Source: Candidatus Falkowbacteria bacterium RIFOXYD12_FULL_34_57 (GTDB lineage: Bacteria; Patescibacteriota; Patescibacteriia; Patescibacteriales; UBA12075). From it: 64,000 nt of DNA. Location of the stretch: positions 10,462 to 74,461 of the forward strand of contig MFGN01000034.1 in the NCBI GenBank assembly GCA_001780285.1, given 5' to 3'. How positions within the stretch are numbered: position 1 is the first letter of the stretch; each line of letters opens with the position of its first letter. A program made the position numbers and the translations under genes. Positions 19,077-28,343 of this stretch are shown one piece after another. Below the pieces are notes generated by a model, which saw only the letters and a list, made by a program, of their open reading frames with translations, did not search any database and had not been told where the DNA came from.

Positions 19077-20210
19077 TTATGAGTTATGAGTTATGAGTTT
19101 ATTTATAATTTTTACCATTTCCGCACTCGCATTCTGCTTGATAATTTTACCAATATTTTCCCGAAGTTTCTGCTGTTTATGCTTATTTTCCATTAAATTT
19201 TTTATACTTTGAATAAATTTATTAGAATCAAGATATTTTTGATTCAAAACAATGGCCGCTTCATTGTCCATAAACATCCTGGCATTATCTTCCTGATGGG
19301 TGCGGGGCATCGGAATCAGGATACAAACCTTTTTCAAAAATGACAATTCGGTCAAAGCGCCCATGCCGCATCTGGATACTACAATATCCGCCGCGTTATA
19401 AGCATCCATCATCTGGGTAGTATTCAAAAACTCAAACTTGCGATAATCCTCCCTGTGCAGGTCATACTTCCACTCCAGCGGAGATTCCGCCTCTCTACCC
19501 TTTCCGGTGGCATGAAGAATCTGAAAATTTTTCGTAAGCTCTTGCAACGATGTGACCACAAGCATATTCAAAAAAACAGATCCGGTTCCCCCTCCGGTAA
19601 TAAAAATTACCGGCTTATTATCTTTTAAATTAAACTTTTTCAAACTTTCTTGGCGCGTTCTGCTTTTTTGTAAATTAATAAATTCCCTGCGGACAGGATT
19701 ACCAATCCAAACAGGCTTCTTGCAAAAATCTTCTAACGATTTTTTAAAAACGGTAGTAATCACCTTGGCGCACCTGCACATCAGCTTGTTTGCAAGCCCC
19801 GGACGCGCGTCCTGCTGATGGATGATTATTGGAATTCTCCTGGCCCGGGCCGCCCAAACAAAGGGCACGCTGACAAAACCGCCGGCGCTAATCACTAAAT
19901 CAGGGTTGCATTTTTTTATTATTAATAAAGAATCAAAAAAACCCAAAATAACAAAAAACGGATCTATAAAATTTTTCCAGGAAAAATAACGGCGAAACTT
20001 GCCGCTGTTAATGGAAAAAAAATCAATTCCTTCTCTTCTTACCATCTCCTGTTCTATGCCGTTTTTGGTGCCGACCCAATAAAAATTATAATCCCCGCCC
20101 GCAAGTTCATCAAAAATAGCAAGCAAAGGACTCACTGAACCGCCCGTCCCTCCGCCGGTTAAAATAATGTTTTTTTTATTCTTGATATTTATACTTTTTT
20201 GTGTTACCAT
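19077..20210 (-). CDS. murG: Undecaprenyldiphospho-muramoylpentapeptide beta-N-acetylglucosaminyltransferase
   Basis: Motifs ILTGGGTGGSVSPLLAI and ITGGGTGS. I place the start at the ATG (complement of 20208-20210). The 36-codon extension in the ORF track (to 20318) looks non-coding. Confidence 0.85.
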   Translation of the reverse strand: MVTQKSINIKNKKNIILTGGGTGGSVSPLLAIFDELAGGDYNFYWVGTKNGIEQEMVRREGIDFFSINSGKFRRYFSWKNFIDPFFVILGFFDSLLIIKKCNPDLVISAGGFVSVPFVWAARARRIPIIIHQQDARPGLANKLMCRCAKVITTVFKKSLEDFCKKPVWIGNPVRREFINLQKSRTRQESLKKFNLKDNKPVIFITGGGTGSVFLNMLVVTSLQELTKNFQILHATGKGREAESPLEWKYDLHREDYRKFEFLNTTQMMDAYNAADIVVSRCGMGALTELSFLKKVCILIPMPRTHQEDNARMFMDNEAAIVLNQKYLDSNKFIQSIKNLMENKHKQQKLRENIGKIIKQNASAEMVKIINKLITHNS

Positions 20211-20627
20211 ATATGCAATAATTATAATAATCTTTAAACTTTTGTTTAAACTTTTATTTTTAAGGGGGGTACATGCCCAAATCCAACAAGAAAAAAAATA
20301 TCGGCAATTGCCCCACAAAAAAAATTAGAAAATCTTTTTGTAAAAATAAATATTGGCAAAATAAAATTTATTTTGTATTGCATTACCCCTGCCACAACCA
20401 TTGCGACCTTTGTCCGGCATGCTTTTTTGATCAATATATAAAATAATTTTAAATCTCATAAAAAAAGAGATAAATCATGTCCAATAAAAACTTCACCTTC
20501 CAAAACCGGCGTCCGTTGCCAAAACGGGCGTTTTTTTATTTCCACAAATCCCCCCCCTTTTCTATTCCCCCCTTCAAAGGGGGAATAGACTGGTTAAATG
20601 TTAAATATCTATTGTTAAATATTGATA

Positions 20628-21785
20628 TTATCTTCTCCCCGTTTTCTCTCCTTTTGTCTGCCGACTAATATTCACCAAAATTCCGCAGGCGGTTAGCGCC
20701 GCTAAAATTGCCGATCCGCCATAACTCACCAAGGGCAGCGGCACTCCGGTCATGGGCATGGCATTAATGATGCCGCCGATATTAATTAGGGCTTGCATCA
20801 CTATCCAGCTGGATATCCCAATGGCCAAAATACGCCCAAAATCATCAGGCGCATTTTTTGCAATTTTGTATCCGCAATAAAATAAATATAAAAATAATAT
20901 AATAAATATTACGCTCACCACAAATCCGGTTTCTTCCGCAATAATTGCAAAAATAGAGTCTCCCGACACCTCCGGTAAATACATATATTTTTGGCGGCTG
21001 GCACCCAAACCCCTGCCCAGTACTCCGCCGGAACCAACAGCAATTAAGGATTGGTTAATTTGATAACAGGCATCGGCGGCATCAAAAGATGGGTCTATCA
21101 TGCATTTAAACCTATTAAGCTGATACGGCTTGAATTGTACCATTACCCCGAAACTTAACACGCCAAAAAGCAATATTAATAAAATGTGTTTTATTTTTCC
21201 CCCGCCCACAAAATATACTATTAAAGAAGTAATAGCAATAATAGACAGGGTTCCCATGTCGGGCTGTTTAAGCATTAAAAAGGCGATCGCGCCCAAAACA
21301 ACAATAAAGGGTCCAATCCCCTTCTCTATTTCCCCCAAATCTTTTTTGCGCGCCTCAAGCCAAGCCGCCAAATACAATAAAAAGGACAATTTCACGAATT
21401 CAGACGGCTGAACCGAATAACCAAAAACATTAATCCAGCTTCGCGCCTTCCCGTAATGCGCGCTAAGCCCCGGTATAAAAACAAGGAGTAGCAAGACAAT
21501 GGAAAAAAATAAAAAACCAAAAGCATATTCTTTCCAGATATGGTAATCAATCCGTGAAAATATCGCAAAAGCGATTAAGCCCAAAGCTAAACCGAATAGT
21601 TGGTGTTTGAAATAATAGTATGGATCGCCGAATTTATCATAAGCAATTACTGATGAAGCGCTGGAAAGACTAATAAGACCAAAGGTTAAAATAGTAAAAA
21701 TAACAACAATTAACTTTTTATCAGGTTCATGAAACCCTCGATAACTATTAAGTAAATTTTTAATTTTTCTTTTAAGATTAGACAT
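20628..21785 (-). CDS. ftsW: SEDS-family peptidoglycan polymerase FtsW/RodA
   Basis: 385 aa, about 10 TM helices, YLPEVSGDSIFAIIAEETGF motif, located in the dcw cluster. Confidence 0.85.
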   Translation of the reverse strand: MSNLKRKIKNLLNSYRGFHEPDKKLIVVIFTILTFGLISLSSASSVIAYDKFGDPYYYFKHQLFGLALGLIAFAIFSRIDYHIWKEYAFGFLFFSIVLLLLVFIPGLSAHYGKARSWINVFGYSVQPSEFVKLSFLLYLAAWLEARKKDLGEIEKGIGPFIVVLGAIAFLMLKQPDMGTLSIIAITSLIVYFVGGGKIKHILLILLFGVLSFGVMVQFKPYQLNRFKCMIDPSFDAADACYQINQSLIAVGSGGVLGRGLGASRQKYMYLPEVSGDSIFAIIAEETGFVVSVIFIILFLYLFYCGYKIAKNAPDDFGRILAIGISSWIVMQALINIGGIINAMPMTGVPLPLVSYGGSAILAALTACGILVNISRQTKGEKTGRR

Positions 21786-21794
21786 GAATATTTA

Positions 21795-21901
21795 GTCAAA
21801 AGTTTAGAAAGTCCATAAAGTCAAAAGCTTGGAATCGCTACGCGATATTTTATTTAATATCGCGTAGCGATTCCAGACTTTATAGACTTTCGACTTTTGA
21901 C
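21795..21901. repeat. Long palindromic intergenic element, family 1 core (GGAATCGCTACGCGATATT and its exact complement)
   Basis: The left arm GTCAAAAGTTTAGAAAGTCCATAAAGTC...GGAATCGCTACGCGATATT pairs with AATATCGCGTAGCGATTCC...GACTTTCGACTTTTGAC. It fills the ftsW-mraY spacer. Confidence 0.8.
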
Positions 21902-21907
21902 TTTCAA

Positions 21908-22960
21908 CTATAGTGTATGATCCAATAAAAACAATATAATGCCAATGGCGGCGGTAATTCCGGCTACAATCCAAAAGCGCATAACAATTTTTGCCTCTGG
22001 CCAGCCGCGCGCCTCAAAATGATGGTGAATCGGCGCTGATAAAAATACTTTTTTGCCGCCGCGAAACCTCTTTGATAAAAGCTGAATAATAACAGATGCT
22101 GCTTCTAATACGAACAAGAATCCGATAATTGGCAAAAGCAGAGCATAATTAGTGAGCATAGCAATAATTCCAAGTGTTACACCAAGACTCATCGCGCCGG
22201 TATCACCCATATAGAAACGGGCGGGTATAACATTGAACCATAGAAATGCAATTAGAGCGCCGATAATCACTCCGCAAAACACAGCCAAATCATATCTGCC
22301 CATCATAAAAGCTATAACCCCGTAAGCTCCGTAAGAAACCAGCAATGTTCCACCGGCCAGACCGTCAAGGCCGTCAATCTCATTTACGGAAAAAGCGGTT
22401 CCCACAATCACAAGAATAAAAAACGGAATATACCACCACCCTATTTCAAAATTTCCCAAAAATGGAATGTGCAGAACCGTCCAATCCAGTTTGAAGTAAA
22501 ACCAAAACGCACCAACACCCGCAATAACCGTATAAATAAGTATGCGATGAATCATATTGAGTCCGCCGCCGCCAAACACACCCTTTTTTCGGACATCAAG
22601 CCAATCATCAAGTAATCCCACCAGGGCTGTCGCCACCAATGCCCCAAGTGGCAAGAGAGTTTGGCTTCGAGATAAAAAATTTAAATTTTTAAATATATCT
22701 ATTGGAAAAAATTTTGCTAAATAAAAAAAGAATGCTGCGAACATGAGAACCGTACCCCAAACAAGCACTCCGCCCATAGTAGGCGTGCCGGTCTTGTGCA
22801 AATGCATCTTAGAAAAAAGGGGCGTGGTTCCGCTATTTCTAATGTTTTTACCTAATTTATATTTATATAAAAAATGAGTAAGCAGGGGCGTCCAGGAAAA
22901 TGTAAACAAAAAAGCGAATGTCGCAAAAAAGAGGACTTTTATAACATAAAAATCTTGCAT
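21908..22960 (-). CDS. mraY: Phospho-N-acetylmuramoyl-pentapeptide transferase
   Basis: Motifs NEIDGLDGLAGG, GDTGAMSLG and PIHHHFE; 350 aa. Confidence 0.9.
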   Translation of the reverse strand: MQDFYVIKVLFFATFAFLFTFSWTPLLTHFLYKYKLGKNIRNSGTTPLFSKMHLHKTGTPTMGGVLVWGTVLMFAAFFFYLAKFFPIDIFKNLNFLSRSQTLLPLGALVATALVGLLDDWLDVRKKGVFGGGGLNMIHRILIYTVIAGVGAFWFYFKLDWTVLHIPFLGNFEIGWWYIPFFILVIVGTAFSVNEIDGLDGLAGGTLLVSYGAYGVIAFMMGRYDLAVFCGVIIGALIAFLWFNVIPARFYMGDTGAMSLGVTLGIIAMLTNYALLLPIIGFLFVLEAASVIIQLLSKRFRGGKKVFLSAPIHHHFEARGWPEAKIVMRFWIVAGITAAIGIILFLLDHTL

Positions 22961-22965
22961 AAAAA

Positions 22966-23073
22966 TTTATAGTCGAAAATCAAAAGTTGAAAGTCGAAAG
23001 TTTGGCACTATACCTACTATGGGAGGGGCTCCAGAATTTTAACTTTATAGACTTTACAAACTTTTGACCATAG
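22966..23073. repeat. AT-rich palindromic intergenic element (AAAGTY-word arms, divergent core)
   Basis: The arms are TTTATAGTCGAAAATCAAAAGTTGAAAGTCGAAAGTTT and TTTTAACTTTATAGACTTTACAAACTTTTGACCATAG. The central loop is GGCACTATACCTACTATGGGAGGGGCTCC. Confidence 0.6.
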
Positions 23074-23074
23074 T

Positions 23075-23503
23075 CTATCTAAAGTTAATTAAATAAACAG
23101 AAACAATTGATATCAATAAAATAAGGTTGCAAACCAAGCTTGTGGTAAACAAAATATAAGATATAAATTTTCTGTCTTTGTATATAATAATATTGAAATA
23201 TAATAAAAAATTTATTAAAATAATAAAAAAACCCAACAAGGGAATAATGTATATTTTATCTATATCTCCATAAAAATCAATTCCAGAATCAACGCTATAA
23301 TGAAGAGCAATCTGCTGAGATCCAATTTCTCCGTGAATATACCTTGCCGCCATCCAAGTTAAAAAATTTAAAACAATCAAAATGCCCACATAAATCTTTA
23401 CATGCAAATCAAGGAATATTTTAAAAAAATACTTTTTAAATTCAGGCCACTTTATATATAAATTATCAATAAAATCAGACCATATTTTCATATAAAAAAT
23501 CAA
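23075..23503 (-). CDS. Small integral membrane protein, hypothetical
   Basis: 142-aa ORF with 3-4 hydrophobic helices. The start is uncertain (TTG at 23503 or ATG at 23491). Confidence 0.5.
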   Translation of the reverse strand: MIFYMKIWSDFIDNLYIKWPEFKKYFFKIFLDLHVKIYVGILIVLNFLTWMAARYIHGEIGSQQIALHYSVDSGIDFYGDIDKIYIIPLLGFFIILINFLLYFNIIIYKDRKFISYILFTTSLVCNLILLISIVSVYLINFR

Positions 23504-23627
23504 ATTATTACTTTAGTATATTAACATAAATATCCAAAAAATAAAACTTGACAAAATTATAAAAAGATGTTATCATTTTAATGCATTCTTTAAAAAATAA
23601 ATTTTTAACACTAACAGGAGACTTAAA

Positions 23628-23894
23628 TTGAAAAAATTTAAAAAATTTTTAGAAACAATATTTGATTTCGGGATGTACCTAAATGTCCTTATCATACTTC
23701 CCCAACCAATAACCATTATCGCAAACCAAAACGCAAACAATGTCTCCATCTGGATGTGGCTTGCATGCTTCATCTTTCAAGCATTTATAAGCTTACATGG
23801 CAAAATCAATCTCAAATCCAAATCCATGTTTATTGGCATGGGAATCAGTGCTATTTTTTCGCTGTTAACAATGATACTGTGTCTTGTATATTAA
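23628..23894 (+). CDS. SemiSWEET/PQ-loop-like small membrane transporter
   Basis: 88 aa with three predicted TM helices and a PQ motif in helix 1 (LIILPQPITII). The promoter TTGACA-17-TATCAT lies at about 23549-23577. Confidence 0.5.
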   Translation: MKKFKKFLETIFDFGMYLNVLIILPQPITIIANQNANNVSIWMWLACFIFQAFISLHGKINLKSKSMFIGMGISAIFSLLTMILCLVY

Positions 23895-24017
23895 TTATTT
23901 ATCTCCTTAAAAAATTCACCCCAACTTGCGCAATGCAAGGCGGGGTGTTTTTATTTACTATTGAAAAATTTTCAAAATGTTATATGATATTATTATACGA
24001 AGTATAATAATATCCAA

Positions 24018-24125
24018 TCAAAAGTTAAAAGTTCTTAAAGTTAAAAGCCTGGAATCGCTTCGCGATATATTAAATGCCACGAAGTGGCATCAATGACTTT
24101 CAACTTTCGACTTTTAACTTTAAAC
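24018..24125. repeat. Palindromic intergenic element, family 1 core plus a second small hairpin
   Basis: The arms are TCAAAAGTTAAAAGTTCTTAAAGTTAAAAGCC and GACTTTCAACTTTCGACTTTTAACTTTAAAC. The cores are GGAATCGCTTCGCGATAT (24051-24068) and TGCCACGAAGTGGCA. Confidence 0.75.
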
Positions 24126-24146
24126 TAGTCATTGCTTCACAATGAC

Positions 24147-24219
24147 GCCCCTTTAGCTCAATTGGTAGAGCAACGGTATCGTAAACCGTAGGTTGTCAGT
24201 TCAATTCTGATGAGGGGCT
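24147..24219 (+). tRNA. tRNA-Thr (anticodon CGU)
   Basis: Cloverleaf read by hand: acceptor GCCCCTT/GAGGGGC, D arm GCTC-AATTGGTA-GAGC, anticodon arm ACGGT-ATCGTAA-ACCGT, T arm GTCAG-TTCAATT-CTGAT. No CCA is encoded. Confidence 0.9.
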
Positions 24220-24230
24220 CACAAAAACCT

Positions 24231-24280
24231 AAAACTAATAACTAAGCTAAAAGCACATGAAAAAGTTATTAGTTTTTTAT
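24231..24280 (+). terminator. AT-rich intrinsic terminator after tRNA-Thr
   Basis: A perfect 13-bp stem (AAAACTAATAACT at 24231-24243 pairing with AGTTATTAGTTTT at 24264-24276) is followed by TTAT. Confidence 0.6.
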
Positions 24281-24313
24281 TTACTAATATTAAAAAATTT
24301 AATCGCTTTTGTC

Positions 24314-24342
24314 TTGACAAAATCATAAAAATATGATATATT
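24314..24342 (+). promoter_or_regulatory. Sigma70-type promoter of the GGDEF gene
   Basis: TTGACA (24314-24319), a 17-nt spacer ending in TGa, then TATATT (24337-24342). It shares the 16-mer AAAAATATGATATATT with the promoter at 48764. Confidence 0.65.
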
Positions 24343-24392
24343 TCAAATAATTCTTAAAAATAACAATTTAATAAAATCCCGGAGGCTTTAAA

Positions 24393-25025
24393 ATGATTAA
24401 TATACTGTGTATTATTGGTATATTTACCGCCACATTCTTTGGTGGATTATCCTTGATTCTCGTTTCCCTTCTTAAAAATGAGAAGGATAGATGTAAAAAA
24501 CTCAAAAGAGAAAACAGAGAACTTGAAAAGCTCTCTATTACCGATCCTCTAACCGGCGCTTTTACCAGACGCCTCTTGGAAACTATTTTCCCATCAGAAT
24601 TAAGCCGGGCAAAAAGAACCGGAATGCCGCTTGTACCGCTTATGGTGGACATAGATCGTTTCAAAACAATTAATGACACCTATGGGCATCAGGCCGGTGA
24701 CAAGGTCCTGCGGGAACTTGTAAAAAGAATAAAATCTATTTTAAGAGAACCGGACAAAATCTGCCGCTATGGCGGAGAAGAGTTTCTAATAATCCTGCCG
24801 GATTGTCTCTCGGGAAAAATCGTAGCGGAAAGAATCCGCCAAAAAATTGAAAAAGAATACTTTGATATCGGTAAAGAAAAAATACCAGTAACAATAAGTG
24901 TCGGATACACAACATTTAACACAAGGGAAGATAAAAGAAATATAGAAGAAATAATAGAGGATGCGGACAACGCCCTCTATAAAGCGAAACATACGGGCAG
25001 AAACAAAGTTGTCTGCTTAGACTAA
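24393..25025 (+). CDS. Membrane-anchored diguanylate cyclase (GGDEF domain) with no sensory domain
   Basis: 210 aa: one N-terminal TM helix, a short coiled coil, the active site RYGGEEF and an intact I-site REPD five residues upstream. SD GGAGG. Confidence 0.85.
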   Translation: MINILCIIGIFTATFFGGLSLILVSLLKNEKDRCKKLKRENRELEKLSITDPLTGAFTRRLLETIFPSELSRAKRTGMPLVPLMVDIDRFKTINDTYGHQAGDKVLRELVKRIKSILREPDKICRYGGEEFLIILPDCLSGKIVAERIRQKIEKEYFDIGKEKIPVTISVGYTTFNTREDKRNIEEIIEDADNALYKAKHTGRNKVVCLD

Positions 25026-25127
25026 AACTACCCCCGGTCAACAAACCGGGGGATTTTTTTATAAAAAAACACACCCCAAATGATGCATCAAAGTCACAAG
25101 CTGAACTTGTGAATTATAAATTAAAAA

Positions 25128-26552
25128 TTATTTTTTATAAACCTTTATCCCCCCTTTTCCATCCTCCACCGCATATCCTCGTTTTTCTATTTCATCTCGA
25201 ATTCTATCCGACTCTGCCCAGTTTTTATCTTGACGTGCTTTATTGCGGTGCACAATCATTATTTTTATATCTTCCGGCAATGCTATTCCCTTGGCCTGCT
25301 CTACCATATCTTCTAATCTTAATCCCAATACCCGATCAAAATCCAAAACAGTAGCTATTTTTTCTTCATTCTTTAATTTTGATTTTAATAAATTCTGCAC
25401 TACCGCCAAAGACTGAGGCATATTCAAATCGTCATTAATTGCTTCTATAAATTTATCTTTATATTTTTGATCAATCTTTCCTTTTGTGCCGTCAATATTT
25501 ACTACCTGGCTGACAAGATGCCGAAATCCTTCTCTGGTATTTAAAATACTCTCCTCGTCATATTCCATCGGCTTGCGATAATGGGTTTGTAAACAAGCAA
25601 AACGATAGACCAATGGATCAATATCTCTTTTTAAAAAAGCATTTTCCAAGGTCAAAAAATTCTCATCGCTTTTAGCCATTTTCTTGCCGCCGGCAATATT
25701 TAAAAATTCTCCATGTATCCAATAATTAAAAAATTTTTTGCCGGTAGCGGCTTCTGACTGCGCTATTTCATTGGTATGATGCACATTGATATGATCTATC
25801 CCTCCGCAATGAATATCCAGTTTTTCGCCAAGCTCCGCCATGCTCATCGCCGAACACTCCAGGTGCCACCCGGGAAAACCAACCCCCCAAGGACTTCTCC
25901 ACTCCATTTGGCGCCGCGCAAAATCCTGACTGGAATCAAAGGGGCGCCCATCCCGATAAGAAAATTTCCAAAGCGCAAAATCCGTAAAATTCTTCTTTTC
26001 TTCATTCTTTTCCACCCGAGCTCCTTCCTGCAACTCTTCCAACCTCAAGTGACTGAGCTTGTTATAATCTTTAAATTTCGCAGTATCAAAATAAATACCA
26101 TCACTGGTTTTGTATATATAGCTTTTTTCTTCTAGGGTTTCTATAAGTGTTATTTGTTCCTTAATATAATCTGTTGCCTTGGTGTATTTGTTTGGTGGCA
26201 ATATATTTAAATTTCCCAAATCTTTTTGAAACGCTTTGGTATAAAATTCCGCTATCTCCCAAGCAGTCTTTCCTTCTCTCCTAGCCCCTTTCTCAAATTT
26301 ATCTTCACCCATATCCATATCTCCCACTAAATGTCCCACATCAGTAATGTTCATGATATGTTTAACGGAATATCCATTATAAAACAAAACTCTCTTTAAT
26401 ATATCTGTAAAAATATAAGTGCGAAGATTGCCGATATGCGCATAATCATAAACTGTCGGCCCACAAGTATATAGCCCGATTTCTTTTTTATCAATTGGCT
26501 TAAATTCTTCTTTTTCTCGAGTAAGCGTGTTGTATAAAAATATTTTATTCAT
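25128..26552 (-). CDS. cysS: Cysteine--tRNA ligase
   Basis: Motifs LYTCGPTVYDYAHIGNLRTY (HIGN) and KMAKSD (KMSKS); 474 aa. Confidence 0.9.
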   Translation of the reverse strand: MNKIFLYNTLTREKEEFKPIDKKEIGLYTCGPTVYDYAHIGNLRTYIFTDILKRVLFYNGYSVKHIMNITDVGHLVGDMDMGEDKFEKGARREGKTAWEIAEFYTKAFQKDLGNLNILPPNKYTKATDYIKEQITLIETLEEKSYIYKTSDGIYFDTAKFKDYNKLSHLRLEELQEGARVEKNEEKKNFTDFALWKFSYRDGRPFDSSQDFARRQMEWRSPWGVGFPGWHLECSAMSMAELGEKLDIHCGGIDHINVHHTNEIAQSEAATGKKFFNYWIHGEFLNIAGGKKMAKSDENFLTLENAFLKRDIDPLVYRFACLQTHYRKPMEYDEESILNTREGFRHLVSQVVNIDGTKGKIDQKYKDKFIEAINDDLNMPQSLAVVQNLLKSKLKNEEKIATVLDFDRVLGLRLEDMVEQAKGIALPEDIKIMIVHRNKARQDKNWAESDRIRDEIEKRGYAVEDGKGGIKVYKK

Positions 26553-26648
26553 ATAAATCTGTTACTTGTTACCTGAATTAATTGTACAAAAATATCCCGC
26601 TTTTAGCAAATTTAAAAAGCTGTCATTGTAACAGCTTTCTTTTTTGAT

Positions 26649-26927
26649 TTAAAGAGAGATATTTTTTAATTCGGATTGAAGATTAATCCTATATTCTTTC
26701 TCTTTTTTTTCTTGTATTTCAAGATATTGAACCAGTTTTTGAAAACACTCAATTAAATTTTTCTGATTTTCAACAACCAACTCTTTTTCTTTTTCATTTT
26801 TTTCTTTCTTCAATCTCCACTCTGGCAACCCAGTATTCACTTCTGCCATTTCTTTTTGGATTTCTTTTTTACTTTTTCTTCTTATTTTGGTGTTTGGTTT
26901 TATCCGCAGTGCTATTTTTACGGCCAT
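26649..26927 (-). CDS. Small lysine/glutamate-rich hypothetical protein
   Basis: I place the start at the ATG (complement of 26925-26927), which is preceded by GGAGG with a 7-nt spacer (92 aa). Promoter: TTGACA (27037-27042)-17-TATAAA (27014-19). A terminator hairpin lies at about 26610-26640. Confidence 0.6.
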   Translation of the reverse strand: MAVKIALRIKPNTKIRRKSKKEIQKEMAEVNTGLPEWRLKKEKNEKEKELVVENQKNLIECFQKLVQYLEIQEKKEKEYRINLQSELKNISL

Positions 26928-27049
26928 GATTCGACCTCCGAGATGTACCACTTCAAATTATAGGTTAATATTATGATATATTTTAAAAATTCCCTAAAAA
27001 GAATTATGTTATATTTATATCACACTTTATAACTTTTGTCAAGCGCAAA

Positions 27050-27079
27050 CAAAAAACAAGGGGTAATTACTACCCCTTG
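27050..27079 (-). terminator. Intrinsic terminator of the SPFH operon
   Basis: CAAGGGGTA (27057-27065) pairs with TACCCCTTG (27071-27079), followed by a U6 run on the minus strand. Confidence 0.7.
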
Positions 27080-27098
27080 CGTTTTATTTGTATTATTG

Positions 27099-28343
27099 TT
27101 ATTTCTTTAGCCAACCATCAATGATCGGCTCCTCAATTTTTATTTCCTTTACTGTCGTTTCAATTGTTTCCGGTTTTTTTATCTCTTGTTTCAGAGAAAC
27201 CTTTAACGGATCCTTTGTCTCAGGAATCACTTCAGTCTCTTGTTTAAACGGGGTTTTTCCCGCCAAACTCATTTTTCCCATATCTCGGTAAAAGGCGTTC
27301 ATATCATACATTTTTATATCACCGTTTCCGCCCGAATTTTCAGGCATCACGAAAAATTTTGCACCACTCTTTTCCCAAGCATCCAAAACCTCCAATTCAG
27401 TAACAACAGCACCGTTTTCTCCGCTTAGAGCTAATGCACGACCGGCATCCAGGGCGACAATAGCTTCTGTTTCCGCCTTGATTGCCAAAGCTTGATTAAG
27501 AAGCTCAACATATTTTGCGTTTCCCTTGTAAACTCTTTCCTGTTTTATACCCTTAGCTCTTTCTATCTGTTCACTAGCCTCACCTCTGGCAACCTGAAAT
27601 TCTGTTTTCCAGTGAGATTCCTGGGTTTTAATCTGGTTAGCAATCCCCAGGGTAGTTTCGTCGGCTTTTTTGGTTTGATCAATAACATCTTGGAACACTT
27701 GCCTGAAAATATGGTTTTGAAGTTTAATACTTGTAATATTTATGCCGAATTCTCTTAAAATCAGGTCGGCAAGCTCCACGGCCTTATCGGCCTGCGCTGA
27801 TCTCTTGTCGCTATCCGGAACTTCTTTAAAATCCAATTTCGAAAATGCAGAAAATATTTTACTGCGAGACCAGTGTTTTACAGCAAGTTTTAAACCATTA
27901 TTTTTTATTTGCTCAGGACCCATATACTCAAGCGCCTTAACAATTCCCTGCGGGGTTAAACGCCAAGTAAGGGTAGGGGCTATTAAAAAACGATTACCAT
28001 GAATGTCACGACAATCTACAGCATCATTTTCATCTTTATAATCGCCCTCGCCGCGGATGGTAAACGATAAAATCTCATCAGTAATACTAATTTTTTCCAG
28101 AGTGCTCCAATATCGATTATATATAACCATCATACCAGGATCTTGTAATTCGCCGAAGCCTCCACCAAATTTTTTCCACTTAACTCTTTTGCTCTCAAAA
28201 GAAAAATACGGAATATTAATTTGTGCGAGATATGAAACGGTTACCCCCCATTCAGTATCCTTGAGGGTTTCCGTCTTAATCCCGGTAAGTGGCACTATTA
28301 TCAAAATCAACAAAATTGTCAAACCCAGTTTAGTCTTGTTCAT
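27099..28343 (-). CDS. SPFH/Band-7 family protein (HflC-like), N-terminal anchor
   Basis: 414 aa with signal/anchor LGLTILLILIIVPLTG, a central SPFH-like region and an Ala/Glu-rich coiled coil (QIERAKGIKQERVYKGNAKYVELLNQALAIKAETEAIVALDAGRA). It shares nt 28343 with the upstream gene. Confidence 0.6.
   Translation of the reverse strand: MNKTKLGLTILLILIIVPLTGIKTETLKDTEWGVTVSYLAQINIPYFSFESKRVKWKKFGGGFGELQDPGMMVIYNRYWSTLEKISITDEILSFTIRGEGDYKDENDAVDCRDIHGNRFLIAPTLTWRLTPQGIVKALEYMGPEQIKNNGLKLAVKHWSRSKIFSAFSKLDFKEVPDSDKRSAQADKAVELADLILREFGINITSIKLQNHIFRQVFQDVIDQTKKADETTLGIANQIKTQESHWKTEFQVARGEASEQIERAKGIKQERVYKGNAKYVELLNQALAIKAETEAIVALDAGRALALSGENGAVVTELEVLDAWEKSGAKFFVMPENSGGNGDIKMYDMNAFYRDMGKMSLAGKTPFKQETEVIPETKDPLKVSLKQEIKKPETIETTVKEIKIEEPIIDGWLKK

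Noticed and set aside
20211-20318. 36-codon N-terminal extension of murG in the ORF track (MWGNCRYFFSCWIWACTPLK...)
   Set aside because: The extension is Cys/Trp-rich, runs through spacer-type repeat words, and precedes a canonical MurG N-terminus that starts at the ATG at 20210.
20246-20434. 62-aa minus-strand ORF in the ftsW-murG spacer, and the 63-aa plus-strand ORF at 20477-20668
   Set aside because: Neither has an SD. One uses a TTG start and is dominated by spacer repeats and hairpins (20561-20590). The other overlaps the ftsW 3' end. Neither resembles a known small division protein.
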